Positions 38,230-51,719 of a stretch of DNA of 64,000 nucleotides are shown here, piece after piece. Source of the DNA: Paraphysomonas bandaiensis (taxonomy: Eukaryota > Protista > Chrysophyceae); NCBI GenBank assembly GCA_965644295.1, contig CBFFRP010000288.1, positions 1 through 64,000 of the forward strand. Reading direction: 5' to 3'. Each line of letters begins with the position of its first letter. Position 1 is the first letter of the stretch. The position numbers and the translations under genes were made by a program. Below the pieces are notes generated by a model, which worked only from the letters and a program-made list of their open reading frames with translations, was not told the origin of the DNA and searched no databases.

Positions 38230-39250
38230 TACTTATGGTGTCGGGTGGGATCAACAAGTTTTACAATAATATATACAATTATAAGCAAAAATATGTTGAA
38301 GTTAAACGAAGCGACGTGATAGAGTTTTTGAAGCAGCAGGAGGATTATTAGTATACATATCAAATAACCAGGCCCCCCGATAAGAAATCATATATTCATA
38401 AAAAGTTAAGCCTTACTCTGCGTTCGAAATGGACTTGATCGACTGTAACTTCTATCAGTATATACTATAGGTGGCGATGATGATATATATGTGTTAAATG
38501 TACAAGATGTATATACAGTCGGAGGTTATCGTTACGTCGGTTGAAAAAAGCAAAGACGCCGCGACAGTCGAAAATGCTGTGAGGGATATTATATTGAATT
38601 CTATGAACAAGGAAAAGTTCACCCGCCGGTCATTCGCTGTGATAAAGGTCTCGAATTTCGTTTCTCTGACAATTTTATTGAACGGTTTGGTATTACAATA
38701 AAACGAAATCAGTCTTATACCCCCTTCCCTCTTTGATCGAAAGTTCAAATGGATATGTCAGATTAATTATTCGCCAATTATTGGTACGAAACAAGAACAA
38801 GCGATGGTTTGATTACATTGAACAGGCAGAGAAAAGCTATAACAATTCGTTTGTGAATAACGTAGGAATACCCATCCATGTGTGGAAGAGAAACTATCCG
38901 AAAGCAGAAAAAAAGAGTGTTGTTCGTACACACGTAGGCCACTGCTTCAAGTAGGTGATATTGTAAGAATCGATTTGAATTCCATTAACGCAGAGGTGAG
39001 AAAGCGAAAAAAGATGGGGAATAATAAGCAAACTTCCCTCCGATGGAGTGTTGAATTAGTTGAGATATTGTCGGACGGCAGAATAAAAAATATAAACTCA
39101 AAACCCCATGGGGAGCAATCATTACACACGACGATGATGATTCCAAAGTGAAGTGGTTTTTAGATACGCAGTTACAGCAAGTACACCCGGAAGCTATAGA
39201 TGGCAGGCTGAACTACACGGAAGAGCAAGCAGATGCGGTCAATTTGTTTT
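38230..39250 (+). mobile_element. Pseudogenised rve integrase of the Polinton/Maverick/virophage type
   Basis: Fragments FEMDLID, RCDKGLEF, IESSNGYVR...WFDYIEQAEKSYNNS and LQVGDIVRI...RWSVELVEI, with many stops and frameshifts. Confidence 0.7.
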
Positions 39251-39982
39251 ATTGATAATATTGATTATAGTATAATAATTAGCAAACAATAAAACTGATG
39301 TTTCACAATAAAGTTTCAAAAGCAAATAAATTTTATAGAACTAAAATCATGGAACCCCCAATTTCAACAAGAAAAAAACACACTCCTTCTGATACTTCCT
39401 TGGAAAGGTGCTATTACAACATTACAAAGCACAGCTATTTTCATATCCTCCACACAGGCGAACACTTTTTAACACTTTTTAATAATTTTGGTAGAAGCAA
39501 GTACTTCAAAAGGGTGGCTATTACATACAGGTAACAATGACCATCGATTGCAAAGAAGAAATATTGAACAATCTCAGCAAAGGTTAACACAGGTGGGGGG
39601 GACAACAGAATCTGCGCGTGATCTATGTGGTTAGCTACGTTGGTACACGGGAGGGTGGGTAGTAGAATCAGTGCTATATCTCGGTGTTTTAGGTGCGGCA
39701 CCAGTCAGCCTACACTATTATGGCCACGCCCTCGGAATGGGGCAACTACGATAAGTGTTAAATCTTAATAGTGAGTATAGCTAAATTCCAATAGAATAGC
39801 ATTAATACTATATGCAACCATCCAATACGCTACTGTGCTGGGGGAAACCATTCAATTCTGTAAGCCATATAATACGAAACTATTGAGGTGAATTTATTGT
39901 GGATGATAACAAATCATATAAATAATGTATATAAGTTACTTTTATTAATTATAAGTTACTTTACTTATAAGGGTCATATAAA

Positions 39983-40129
39983 TAGAGATATATTATTCAA
40001 CCTAGTCAATTTGGTTGAATTTCCTAGTCATACTATTCTCGGTGTAAGAACCTAGTCAAAGCAATAAATGACTCAACCTAGTCAATTATAGTATTAAACC
40101 TAGTCGTGAATTGTACTCGCATATAGCTA
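39983..40129 (-). repeat. Right copy of the ~147-bp inverted-repeat pair
   Basis: Five CCTAGTC motifs; reverse complement of 29089-29237. Confidence 0.9.
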
Positions 40130-40770
40130 CGCGTTACAGGTCTATAGCTTGACATTACAGGCATATAGCTACGCATTACAGAAGCATGAGGTCATAGCAG
40201 GTGAAGTAGAACCAATGCAACATACATCAGATCAAAACAAAGCTGCGGTATATAGCAGCATAGGCAAGACTCCATCGATCGCTCCAATGCTGAAGTATGC
40301 AGGTAGACACCATTCTTTCTCTCAACACAATCTTCATGCATGTCCTTCAGTTACCTTTGAAAACATCGATGAAATCTTACTCTCTGGGGGTCTATCAGCA
40401 TCACTTATTTAACTATGAATTATAAGGCACAAGTATGACAACAACACACCACTCTACACACTGAAAACAACTGGATACAATTATTATAGTGGTTAGACTA
40501 GATAGATGGTGTTATTAAATTGCATACACAATTGTGTATTGTCAAGTAAAACTTATCAACAACATGATAATATAATTCGTTCAACTTCCGTATCTCGTAC
40601 AGTCGTGGTACAACACTTTTCACAGTTATAGCTATATAGTTTGTTTGACTACGTATTACAGATTCTCACATTGTATTCACCGTATTCTATAGAATTATAT
40701 TAGAGAGACATATGTATTCCAACGTATATGTATTTCAATGTAGTGACATTTTCTAATCCAGGATTAATGT

Positions 40771-41493
40771 CTAAGTGCGAATTAAGAGTATCGCTCTTTC
40801 TCTTCTTCGACGTTCGTATTCCAACGGGCACACCGTAGTAAAATTTTTTAATCCAGGATGAATATCTATGTGCAAATCAAAATTATCATTTTCTTCTTCC
40901 TGTTGCGTAATAATTCCATATTGGGATCTATTCCCCGAAGTTAGTAGATCAAGGACTGATGGCATCATATTTAATCCATCTACCACCAAAGACTCAAGAG
41001 TTGAATATCGACCCTTCTCACGATTATAAATAGCGGCAACACCATTACCATTATTTGGTCTCCTAGATGCAGGTACTGGTATAACAATGGGGCCAGTATC
41101 GTACCCATCCATATCACCTTCCAGTAGTTCAACAACACGAAATGAAACACAATTCTCCCACTCAGTCTGCAGCTGAACATCGAAACGAAATCGACTACCC
41201 TTAGTTGGTTTCTTGGGTAAAACAATACGAAAGAGTACTTCATGCTCACTTAAAAATGGACAAATCCAAAAAGTGATTGTCCCGTCCATCCAGAGATGCA
41301 TCTGTACTCCTGTTGTCGGTTCACCTTGCGGATCAGTATCATACCCCGATTCACATCCTACAGCAATATTCAATTGATCACTTGTACAATTGAACACATA
41401 TGTTCCCTTGATTGATTGTCTAGGAGTGTTGAATATGATATGAGGGCGACCGACCATACTCAGACCATTCCCGTTAGGTGATGGGAACACCAT
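40771..41493 (-). CDS. Hypothetical protein (240 aa), start uncertain
   Basis: Long intronless ORF with globular, beta-rich composition; no recognised family. Confidence 0.6.
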   Translation of the reverse strand: MVFPSPNGNGLSMVGRPHIIFNTPRQSIKGTYVFNCTSDQLNIAVGCESGYDTDPQGEPTTGVQMHLWMDGTITFWICPFLSEHEVLFRIVLPKKPTKGSRFRFDVQLQTEWENCVSFRVVELLEGDMDGYDTGPIVIPVPASRRPNNGNGVAAIYNREKGRYSTLESLVVDGLNMMPSVLDLLTSGNRSQYGIITQQEEENDNFDLHIDIHPGLKNFTTVCPLEYERRRRERAILLIRT

Positions 41494-42353
41494 GGGACCG
41501 AGGTAACCCGGAGTGTTCCAACAACATCATGTCGTCTATGAGGTGGGATGTAGGGTGGCATTTGTTATGGATATGATTGTGTGAGTACAGTAGAGTTGTA
41601 TTGTTGCTTATAATATGGAGGATATGTAGCGGTATTGATATGCATATATAGTAGTATCAACATACATCTACAGCATGACATACATGGATTTTATAGGAAA
41701 GTGAAGAGATATTTCCTCATGATGGGCCATTGACGAAGGAGGACTGTAGAGGGTGGTGTGTAGAACATGTCTTGGAAATGTCCTGAAGTCAGGCCCAAAT
41801 GGATTCTTTGTATTTATAGCAACTGTATTATTGGATTATACAGTAGTGTATTGTAGTCTACGGTATGGTCTTACGATAGTAGTTACTACCCTCACTACAA
41901 CCGTATTAGATATATACCATGCACAACTACAGTCTGTATATAAGAGTATAACAAATATAATGGCAGATTTTTCCACTTTTCCTGAAAAAAAAAAAATTGA
42001 AAAATCGTCGTTTTTTCATTAAAAAGTCACTTTTTTTCACTTTTCACTGAAAAAACGATGATTTTTCAATGAAATAAACGATAAACAAATCGATGAAATC
42101 GATATGCACAACCACCCCCTGTATGTATGTACTGCTGTATGTACTCTGTATGTACTGTATACTGTATATGTATGCTATGATAGTATGGAGTTCTAGAGTT
42201 TAATCCATCTATATCACTAAAGAGTGAATGCATCGATTAATTCTCTCATTCCATCCATTGTATTTATTCTCAATCAGACCATAGAATAAAAACATGCCTC
42301 TATCGTGATATTACAGTTCTTATATATATATATATATATAACTCAATTATATA

Positions 42354-43112
42354 ATGGAGAGTTCAACTAGTAATGAGGAGAGTCCAGAACCCAGATATTG
42401 GTGTCATAGTTGCAGGTGAGATGGTTTGAAGAGATGACTATATGTTAGCTACAGTGTATAATGTATGTGTGTATAGAGCTGATGTGTTGGGACGTAATAG
42501 TGAATTGAATATATGTGAAGTCAATTGTGCGACTTGTGGGAGTGAGTTTATAGAGCTTACTGGTCAAGGTGTAGAAGAGTTTCTTCGTCAACCAGGTTGG
42601 AATGTTGGATGGCATAATATGTAGTGATTAATTGTGATATAGATACAAGCGCAGCGAATACAGTCAGTACCGATGACGAAAATTCTCCAGCAGCATTAGC
42701 TCAGCAGCTGCAGGGATTGGCGGCATTCTTACCTTTGGGACGTGGTAATCCTATTGAAAGTTCGTTCAATACAACGACTCGACTTCCTTCAACATCTCTT
42801 CCCGATGGACATTCAGTAGTTTTCGAACGTCTTAATAGTGAATTCACGTCGTTAGATAATCTGCTACATCATTTACTAATGAATGAACAATCTCATGCTT
42901 CAGGGCAGCCCGCATCTGAAAGTGCTATATCTAATCTAGAGAGGCGAACGGAAAATATTGCAGAACTTGGTGAATGTTGTATATCTCAAGACCGTTTCAG
43001 TGAAGATGATGTAGCTGTAATTATGCCATGTGGCCATGCTTACAAGGAGCAGCTCATTGTTCGGTGGTTGCAGCAGCATAATTCGTGTCCTGTTTGCCGA
43101 GTTTCTATATAG
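42354..43112 (+). CDS. RNF126/RNF115-like zinc-ribbon protein with a degenerate RING domain, 3 exons
   Basis: YWCHSC...CATCGSEFIE zinc ribbon; QPASESAISNL; C-terminal CCISQD...MPCGHAY...WLQQHNSCPVCR. Confidence 0.88.
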
Positions 43113-43961
43113 TTGATGATTTTTACGTTAATAAAGTGTTATCACTGTATAATTTTTGTCTAAGGAGTAATCGGCTAATTGCTGTGATGTTCTTACCGTT
43201 GTATTAAGTTATTGAACAATCACTTCGAAGTGTGGGTGCTGACGTATAATTTTTTAATGAAAGACTTTATGTCTGTTATGTAAGTTTGCAATCTTTTATA
43301 CTATGCTTAAATTTGAATACCGCAAATGCGACAAGAATTGCTGAGGTGTACAAGTACTAAAGCTTAAAGCCTAATGGCTCCATAACTCTATAAGGTACGA
43401 GCGACGTATGAAAGTTCAATGTATTTTCAATAAGTAATCTATATTCTATATGCTCCTTGAGATTAAAGGTTATTAGAAGTATAGTATAATTTGATGGAAT
43501 AACAGTATAATATGTAAGTAGTAGGCTTCAAGTCTGACGTTGTTGATTTCAACATTTCAACTGAGTGGTCATCATCTGTCTTGTAGGAAATATCTAACTT
43601 CACTCATTAATACCTAGTACACAATTTATCTTGACTGTGTTGGTCGAATGTATGCCTTCCTGCCGACAAATGATAAATAGCGTCAGTTAACGAGGGCTAT
43701 AGAAAGGCCATAGTGCTATTACTTCTGTTGACAAGCTCGTCGACTATCAGCGACGAGAAGGAATTAATTTGCGTTTTGATAATTAAATTTATTATGGATG
43801 ATCGACAACACAAAGTCTATTTTACAGTTTCCAAAACTAAAAAGTACTTCAGCACTTTTCTTTTTGTTCAAGTATAAGAATATACATAAATTTCTAGTTG
43901 TATATTGTATATGACAAAATATCATTGAGTACATATATGGTACAAGAAATATACTTCAGAT

Positions 43962-45492
43962 TTACATTGACAGCAACTTAAGTCTACGATACTCATTATT
44001 CAGCCAGGCTTCGAGCTCGTAATGACCTCCTGATGCAGCCAGCGATGCAGGAGTATCTCCCTCCCTCTCTGGTTGCATGTGCTTGAACGTTAGTCCTCCA
44101 CCTCCACTAGTTTCTGGCTGTAATAGCCACCGACATGCATCAAAGTTCCCTTTCACCGCCGCTTTATGGAGCGCGCTACGACCGTTGTTATTTAATACCT
44201 TTAGGTCTAACCCTTGCGACTTTAGGTACTGTAAAATATCTACGCTCCCATTTAGTGCACCCCATTGTGAGCAATTGCAACCGTGACCATTTAGCCGGTT
44301 TACATCACTTCCACCTTTTTCAACGAGCCACTTTACAGTGTCTAACTTACCCATCCAAATGGCAAGGTGAAGTGGGGTAGTACCGTCGTCTGTACCTACA
44401 TCTACAAACACTGACTTCGTGTGAATAAGCCAATCACACACCGCTATCTGTCCATTCCTCGCTGCCCAATGTAAAGGTTGTCTTTGCCGTTTTCTGGCCC
44501 CAGTAGCCCCATGAGGGTCCATTCCTAGCTCATCCACAAGGTATTTACACACATCTAGGTGTCCTTCACCAGCAGCCCAAGTAAGAGCGGTGTTACCGTG
44601 TTTGTCTCGAGCAGACAAAGGGCACCAGGATTGAGACACCAGAATATGAAGTTGACTTAAATCGCCCCGTCTCGCCGCTTCCAGACCTTCGTCACCGAGG
44701 TGATCACGGGCCCTTGCAGTGGCACTTGCCTCTTCTTTCCAGGCCACTGTGTTGGAGTCGTTCGGCGTATATACGATGACCTATCTCAAGGTGCGATATT
44801 AGCGCAATTTCGATATACACAATAACATATACGCCTACAGTATGCTCTAACGTACTTGAAGTTCGGTTTCTAGTGCTTGTACTCTGGCCTGTTCAGTGCA
44901 TACACCATGCTCCGCTATCTGAAACGGTTTTAAAGTACTCTTCTGTGCGACTAACGACATGGTTTACCTGATGAGTCCGATGCCCTCGTGGACCCTGAGA
45001 GAAATGCCCGCAAATAGGACAAGGAATTCTATTCATGAACAAATGCCAATTCATATGCGGACGGGTTGTTACGATAATATGATTAGATTTGGCGTCTACA
45101 TACGCATCGGCAATACAGTCTTTCATATGAACTTCAGGTATACATGATATAATAGACTGCCCGATTTCTTGTGCCGATTCGTATACACGTGGCTGTTTGA
45201 AACCATACTCCGATGTGGTCTCAATATGCATTACTGGCTTCTCATTCTCAGTATAATTCTCACTACACTGCTCTCTGTCGTGTTTCAAAGATGCCATATG
45301 ACGGCGAAATATATATATCGGACAAGTTGTACGCATATCGCCATATTTTCTCCAATTGCTTGTCAATTGAACAGGACATTCCTTTTCCATAAGATCTGCA
45401 TAATATGAGCCACACGCTAATTCCACAGCTTTGTGTAGAGCTATCTGCACTGATTCAATTAAACCTTTGCTGTGCTCACAATATGTGGGCAT
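43962..45492 (-). CDS. Spliced protein with an ArgRS-N-like domain, a C2H2 finger and ankyrin repeats
   Basis: Ankyrin repeats GNTALTWAAGEGH, PLHWAARNGQ, GTTPLHLA, GRSALHKAA. The upstream ORF ends CPICGHF...HRTHQ and appears joined through two short introns. Confidence 0.8.
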
Positions 45493-46005
45493 TTTAAATC
45501 TTCTTGTTCACTCAGGTTTACTAATTCACTGTTTACTTCTCACTACACATTAGCTACTTCTGTCTTATATGTATAGTAGTGTGCTATATATGTATATATG
45601 ACGATGCTGAGAGGTGTCGTGAGGGCTTCATCTCCTTGTATTTTAATTTTCAGTTTAACTCATTGCTGTGAAATATCCAATCAAATTAGTATATTTAGAA
45701 TTGATTTGTAGGAAGTGATTGGAGTATGAAGACCTTTTGTTTTGATTGGCTAAGATTTGAGGGTGGTGAATAAAACAATAATAAGTACGATTCTCAGTCA
45801 GTACATACACGGTACAGCAGTACACTTACTCATACATACAGCAGTATATCACTGTATAGATATCCTCCTCGAGATATCCACATACACACGAACGGGCTGC
45901 TGTAAGATGCTGCTGGAACATCTAGACATGACCTTCTCACACTGCACACATATATATACTCCTCCACAATACATCTGCAAACGAGTTACATACCCCATAT
46001 CCTCC

Positions 46006-47405
46006 ATGTACATCTGGCTATACATCACAGCCAGTGCATGGCTATCTGTAGCCTCCTCCTCCATCTCTATAGACACATACGGTGCAGTCATCAACTCCAA
46101 CACCATACAAGCAGCTATACATAATTCACATGCTTTTCAAGATGATCTCATAGCTGCACAATACACAGATGATAGAACCGTATTAATTCCAGAAGGAAAT
46201 GAATATTAAATGGCTGCTATGACTGTAACTGATGTGTATGATGTCACTATACACGTGAGCGGGAAGATATTATTCACTGATATCATATCCGTGTGGGGAA
46301 ATAATTCAGAATCACAATTACATATTGAAAATTGTGAAGGTATTAGTCTTATTGGGAATGGTGTGATTGATGATCAGGGATTGAAGTGGTGGCGACTTGC
46401 TTACACAGGTCGTGATGTTTGACCAAAGTTGGTTCGATTTAGAACCACTCGTAATGTACTTGTTTCAGGAATTACATTTCGTAATTCACCATCGTTTCAT
46501 GTCATTTTTGAGGACTCTGCTGATATATTGATTCATGATGTGAATATATTGTCGACAGTCACTTGATACGTGGCTTAGACCACCATGAGGGCATCACTCA
46601 CCCACTAAACACAGATGGTTCGGATATTCGAGCCACTAATGTAACCGTATATAACTGTAATATCAGTAACTACGACGATGCGATTGTTGTCAAGCCATGT
46701 AAGCAGTCCGGAAAAAATTGTTAATGTTCGGGGAATATGGTGGCTTACAACAACACCATCACGTACTCCACTGGGTTAGCGATTGGTTCAGTCTCTCCAG
46801 ACACTGATGTAAACTGTGTGCGCAATGTTACCTTCCGCGATTTTTCATTATACCTCCCCTTGAAGGCGATATACATTAAGCCAAACCCGCAAAGAGAAGG
46901 GGATACTGGTAGTGGTGTCATTGACGATATTTCGTATAAGAATATTCGCATCGACCAAGCTGTGTGGTGGACGGTGTGGATTGGTCCGCAACAAATGAAC
47001 CAACCGGGAGAGGAAGAGGGGACTGGTTGTAATTTTCTCTGCCCTTGTATTCCAGTGTGTCCAACTCAACCGCTTGTCTCCATGACCAACTTTAAGTTGA
47101 GTAATGTGACTGCTGTGGATACTCTTCCTCTTTTTGAGGGACGTGGAGTCATTTTGTGCGACGCGAATCTTCCCTACACGGGATTTGAGTTTATTGATGT
47201 GATAAATTCCATGTTCCAAGGTAATGCAACTGATATATTCAACGTTCTACCGTGGCCTGTGCGCCCACCTGAAGTGATATTTCCTACGAAATATCGAACA
47301 GATGATTGGGAGTTCGAGTATATTACTAAGAATGTGTACGGCAACACAAAAAAACGTGAATCCAGAGCTGTGCTTTAATGATGCACGCTGTTTTACGGAT
47401 TTGTA
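46006..47405 (+). pseudogene. Secreted GH28 polygalacturonase-like pseudogene
   Basis: Signal peptide; GNGVIDDQGLKWW, NSPSFH, PLNTDG, NYDDAIVVK, GLAIGS, IYIK; in-frame stops (46207, 46420, ~46722) and frameshifts. Confidence 0.85.
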
Positions 47406-47733
47406 ATGTTTAAGTGAAGAATTTATGTATATTCAGTAAATACCTCTACGGTGTACTGATATATGCAAGACATTTTGATGTCAGAGTTGTCCCAGAAGTA
47501 ACTATACACTTGGACAGCTGGAATTGCATAGGTTGTGTGATGTACTGCTTTATGTTGACATATCATTATATGTATTAACTTAATAATTAGTAACTACAGT
47601 TTGAGCAAGCAGTCCTTTTATTCTTAATACAAGTGCCATGATAGTGTATTTCACTCAAACATGGGAGCACACTCTAGCCATCCATTTACGAATACAGCAG
47701 ATTTCATCTTCTCATTCCAATGAGGATTGGTCA

Positions 47734-47889
47734 GTACCTTGGTGCTTGCGGTCACGCACAAGCAGCTTTCTTAGCGTTAAATAGAGTAGGACATATATCA
47801 GATTCAAGCTCTACTAGTTAGCTAGTTATAGTTAAATTGCAATGCTAAATTATTCCTGACTCTGAAACGCCTGTTGCTAATAATAAGAC
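47734..47889 (+). mobile_element. 5'-truncated copy of the SINE-like element
   Basis: GTACCTTGGTGCTTGCGG...CGCCTGTTGCTAATAATAAGAC. Confidence 0.8.
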
Positions 47890-49591
47890 ATTCACTACCA
47901 CTGCACCCAACTCCGGTGTAGTTCAACAGCCTCCTATAATAAAGGCAATACCTGCAATAACACATAAAAATTCTGTATTTACACCATACTAAGCATTAGA
48001 AAATTTGAAAGTGATAATAACTTTTGAAATTTTTTGATGGTTAAAACGGACTGAACTAAACTGACTCTATACTCAATTATTGAATATATAATCATCATCT
48101 CTTATCACTCATTAATATTCGCAAGAATTATATTATCTCAACTACCAATTAGTATTCACATAATATTATTATATAGATAGATATTTTAGTCAATATATTT
48201 CAGTTTTAATACTATTATTCCGAACATATTATATTATATATCATGCGTTCATGCAATACTGTTAACCACTACTCTTTTCTTTAAAAGTAACTGTTTACTT
48301 TTTAAGAAACAGCTTCTAATTGGAAACAAAAACATCAAAACTCAACAACTGATGCTAGAATTATAGATAGTGTAAATTTATTATTAAAGATCTGATTTTT
48401 ACAGTGTGCTTGTCGTTACTAGGGATAGTACAATATATCAATGTGTCTCAGCTGTATGGTCTGTCTATAAATTATTATGATTGTGTAACATTCATATTCC
48501 CACTACTACTAGCGCGGGACTGCTTGTGCATTGCTACGAGCACCATGGTGCGACTATTCCGTACGCTAGATTACATCGAGGGGTCTACCTTCGGGGGGAC
48601 ATCGAGGTGCCCCATGCCTGGAGGTCGCCTTGGTAGGGAAGAGGTGGAGTTCAGGTGTTCTCGTAGATCCATTTAATTGAAAATCTGAGGCGTTCGTGTT
48701 GTGACGGCAAGTAGTGGTTGGAAATAACGTGTTGGCCTGGAATGTAGTCGTAAGCGTTTTATGTTTAGTAGACGAAGTATGCGTGGGGTAGATGTGTTGC
48801 TTGGTCGGGGAATTATCTTGCCTTGGGGTCGTCGGTGTGGTCGGAGACTGGAGGGTTTTATGGAATGATGACGTCTTCTTCTGTTTCTGTTCGTTAGCAT
48901 ACGTATTCCAGCATTGTAGAGGGGAAGGAGGAGTTTGACAACTTGAAGGAGTGTGTGACCGGTCCAGTATCGCTCTATTTGAGTTGTGCGGGTGTTCCAT
49001 GCGACTTTACATATAGTTTGGCCAGAGCTGGGTGTAGCCATGATGGAAATGATATCGTTCGTTTCTGATTTTATCGATTGTTGTTTTATGAGCCTGTAAG
49101 AAGGCATGTCTTCGCTTGATGTGTGAGTGGGGACAGTACAGGAGTACAGGAGCATAATATCTTACAACGTTATTAATTACAATTTCCTATATGATAGTTG
49201 ACAAGACCTTTCCTTTAAAACTATAGATAATAATATAGAAATATTGGTGTATATGATATATAATAACCGCAGAGTTGTAACAAAAGAACAGAGAATTCGA
49301 CAACCTAGCAAGCTAGCCGTCGGCGTGCTAAATAATTTGATTGTATCCGTACTTAAAATTTATTTAATTTTAGATAATTATATAAATACTGATGCATGTA
49401 ATCATATATCAAATACCTTTGGGATAACAATTTGGGGAGAATATACTCGACGACAGCAATTGAGTAAACAGGGATAAAATAATGACAGAAATGTACTTAA
49501 TAGTGACCTACAGTACAATGTCATAAAACTTACTTCTGAAATAAAAATATTATTGATAATCATACACACTCCAATCATAGTGTTAGTGCTG

Positions 49592-51000
49592 TCAATATTT
49601 TCCTCCATATCCATCAAGTACTTTTTGTGTGACTGCAACCCGGTTCTGCAGAAGCACAAGGTCAATCGCCCATACCCATCTTCTTCTTGGTACTGAATAT
49701 TTTTCCAGTCTCTGTCGTCTCTTAGCAGCTGCAGTGCTGAATCCCTCTGCGCCGATAGTCACCAGATTCGCCATACGTTCCGCCTGCTCAGTCATACGCC
49801 GAATCTCATCCTGCATATTCTCAAGGTCATCCATGGTTTCTTTTATTTCTTCCTCACTGGAAGTCCTCCTACGAGCAATGAACACCGGGATGAGCCCTTC
49901 TGGCCGACTTCCCAACACTACTTGAGCCCCAAAGATAGGGGCCGATGGGACATAACGCAGCAGCTTGCTTCCATCTTCTGCAGAGTCCATCTGTAGGTGG
50001 GCTACAATATGCGATGAGAGTACGATACGCTTCTCTTCTTCATACAAAATGTCTGTCGATGGCAGGGTGGATTTAAACCGTTTTGATGCATTCTCGTCTT
50101 GTATGGCCTTAACTCGATTCGAAATTGTCTCTTCTCCGACGTAGTCGACAAGTGCCTTTTCATCCATATACACACGTGGGAGCTCCTTATTAGTCTTACT
50201 AGAGTAGGGAATAATTTCGATACACCCGGGTGCATGATGGAGATATATATGGAGGTCAAATGAATCCTGAGAGCGCCAAAAGTACTTGCTTCCTGTGTAC
50301 AGTACTCGACATCTTGCAGTAGGAGCTTCTTCAGAAGTAGTGGCGACCTTAACAGGCTCATCCTTTTCTTCTGCTTTACGAGCACTTTCCTCAAGACGTT
50401 TAACATTTGATGCGTGAAGAGACTGTGAATAGTATTGAAAGTTAGTAGATGTCTGCAGTGACAAGGATGATATCATCATACCGAATATTTTTCATGCTTT
50501 GATAGCTTTTGCGGTGTATCAAACACCATCTTACATATCAAACATGATGGTTGACCCTTCACAGAGTCCCATGTATCCATTTTCTCTTCCTCTTTCACTA
50601 CTGTATCAGATACATCAGTGTTCTTAATCTCTGGAGTTGATACAGATGATATCAATGTTTCTTTCGTCTCTGCTACTGGGAAACTTCCACGAGAATTCCC
50701 TCTTCGTAAACGTTTTGTATTATCTGGTTTAGATTCTAATGATTTCCTTTCTAAACGACTTTGTTTTCTACGTAATGGGGCTTTAGTTTGATCAGTTGAT
50801 AGACCTCTAGATAATCTCTTTGAAATCTTTTGATTGGTTGTTGAAGTCTCTGTGATTAATTCATTATATTTCTTTAATAATCTGATTTGTTGTTCAGATT
50901 CAGTGAGTTTCTCATGTATACATATTTCATATTCTTTACGTATATTTCGTACTATATCAGTCCCTTGTATTGATGTCAGTGTACTACTACCATTACCCAT
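49592..51000 (-). CDS. Hypothetical protein with predicted N-myristoylation and a C2H2-type finger (intron 50423-50481)
   Basis: Starts MGNGSS; CLICKMVF...KHEKYS|SLH spans a GT-AG intron; C-terminal coiled coil. Confidence 0.8.
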
Positions 51001-51719
51001 TGTATATACGTATTATCCCTATAGGGGAAAGATCTTATAGAGTCACTGTGATTATGTTGTATACTTCATAATGATTGGTTATATTAATTCAACTTCGTTC
51101 ATAGATATGAGAATGAAAGACTCAAGTATGTATGTACTGTGTATCGGATACTATGATACGATACGCACATCTATACATTATACGTTTACATGGTTCACTT
51201 CATCTTCTTTTCATGACCAGACCCGAAAATTGTACATAATATGCTGCCGAGAATGAGTAATAATTCCGATAATTTTTGTCAAACCAATTTAGATGGAGAT
51301 AATATTATTGGTTAATTACTTTATAGCATATCTTTGCTCCTGTAGAATACGATGGAATACAGGTAACGTATATGTTCATGACAATCATGGTGATGAACTA
51401 TATGAATCCAACGTTTACTATGACTATGACTATGCTATCATCTTGTGCCCTCCTGTTATCATCTTGTGCAGTACAGATTTCTCAGTTTGAACTTCACATG
51501 GTGCTGCCACATTTAGGAGTTTCAGAGTCTACATTCTAATAGCAAAGGCTTCGATTGTAGTTGCTACATGATTAAGGCAAGAATATTTTAGTGTGACGTG
51601 TTGGGATATTTGTGGAGCTTAGTAGTCCCTAATCGAGAATCTTCAAAGTTAGCATATCGTTACTAATGAATTGCTCCTTCATTTTGTTTAACGATATTTA
51701 GTAGGTGCGTTACCGCTTT

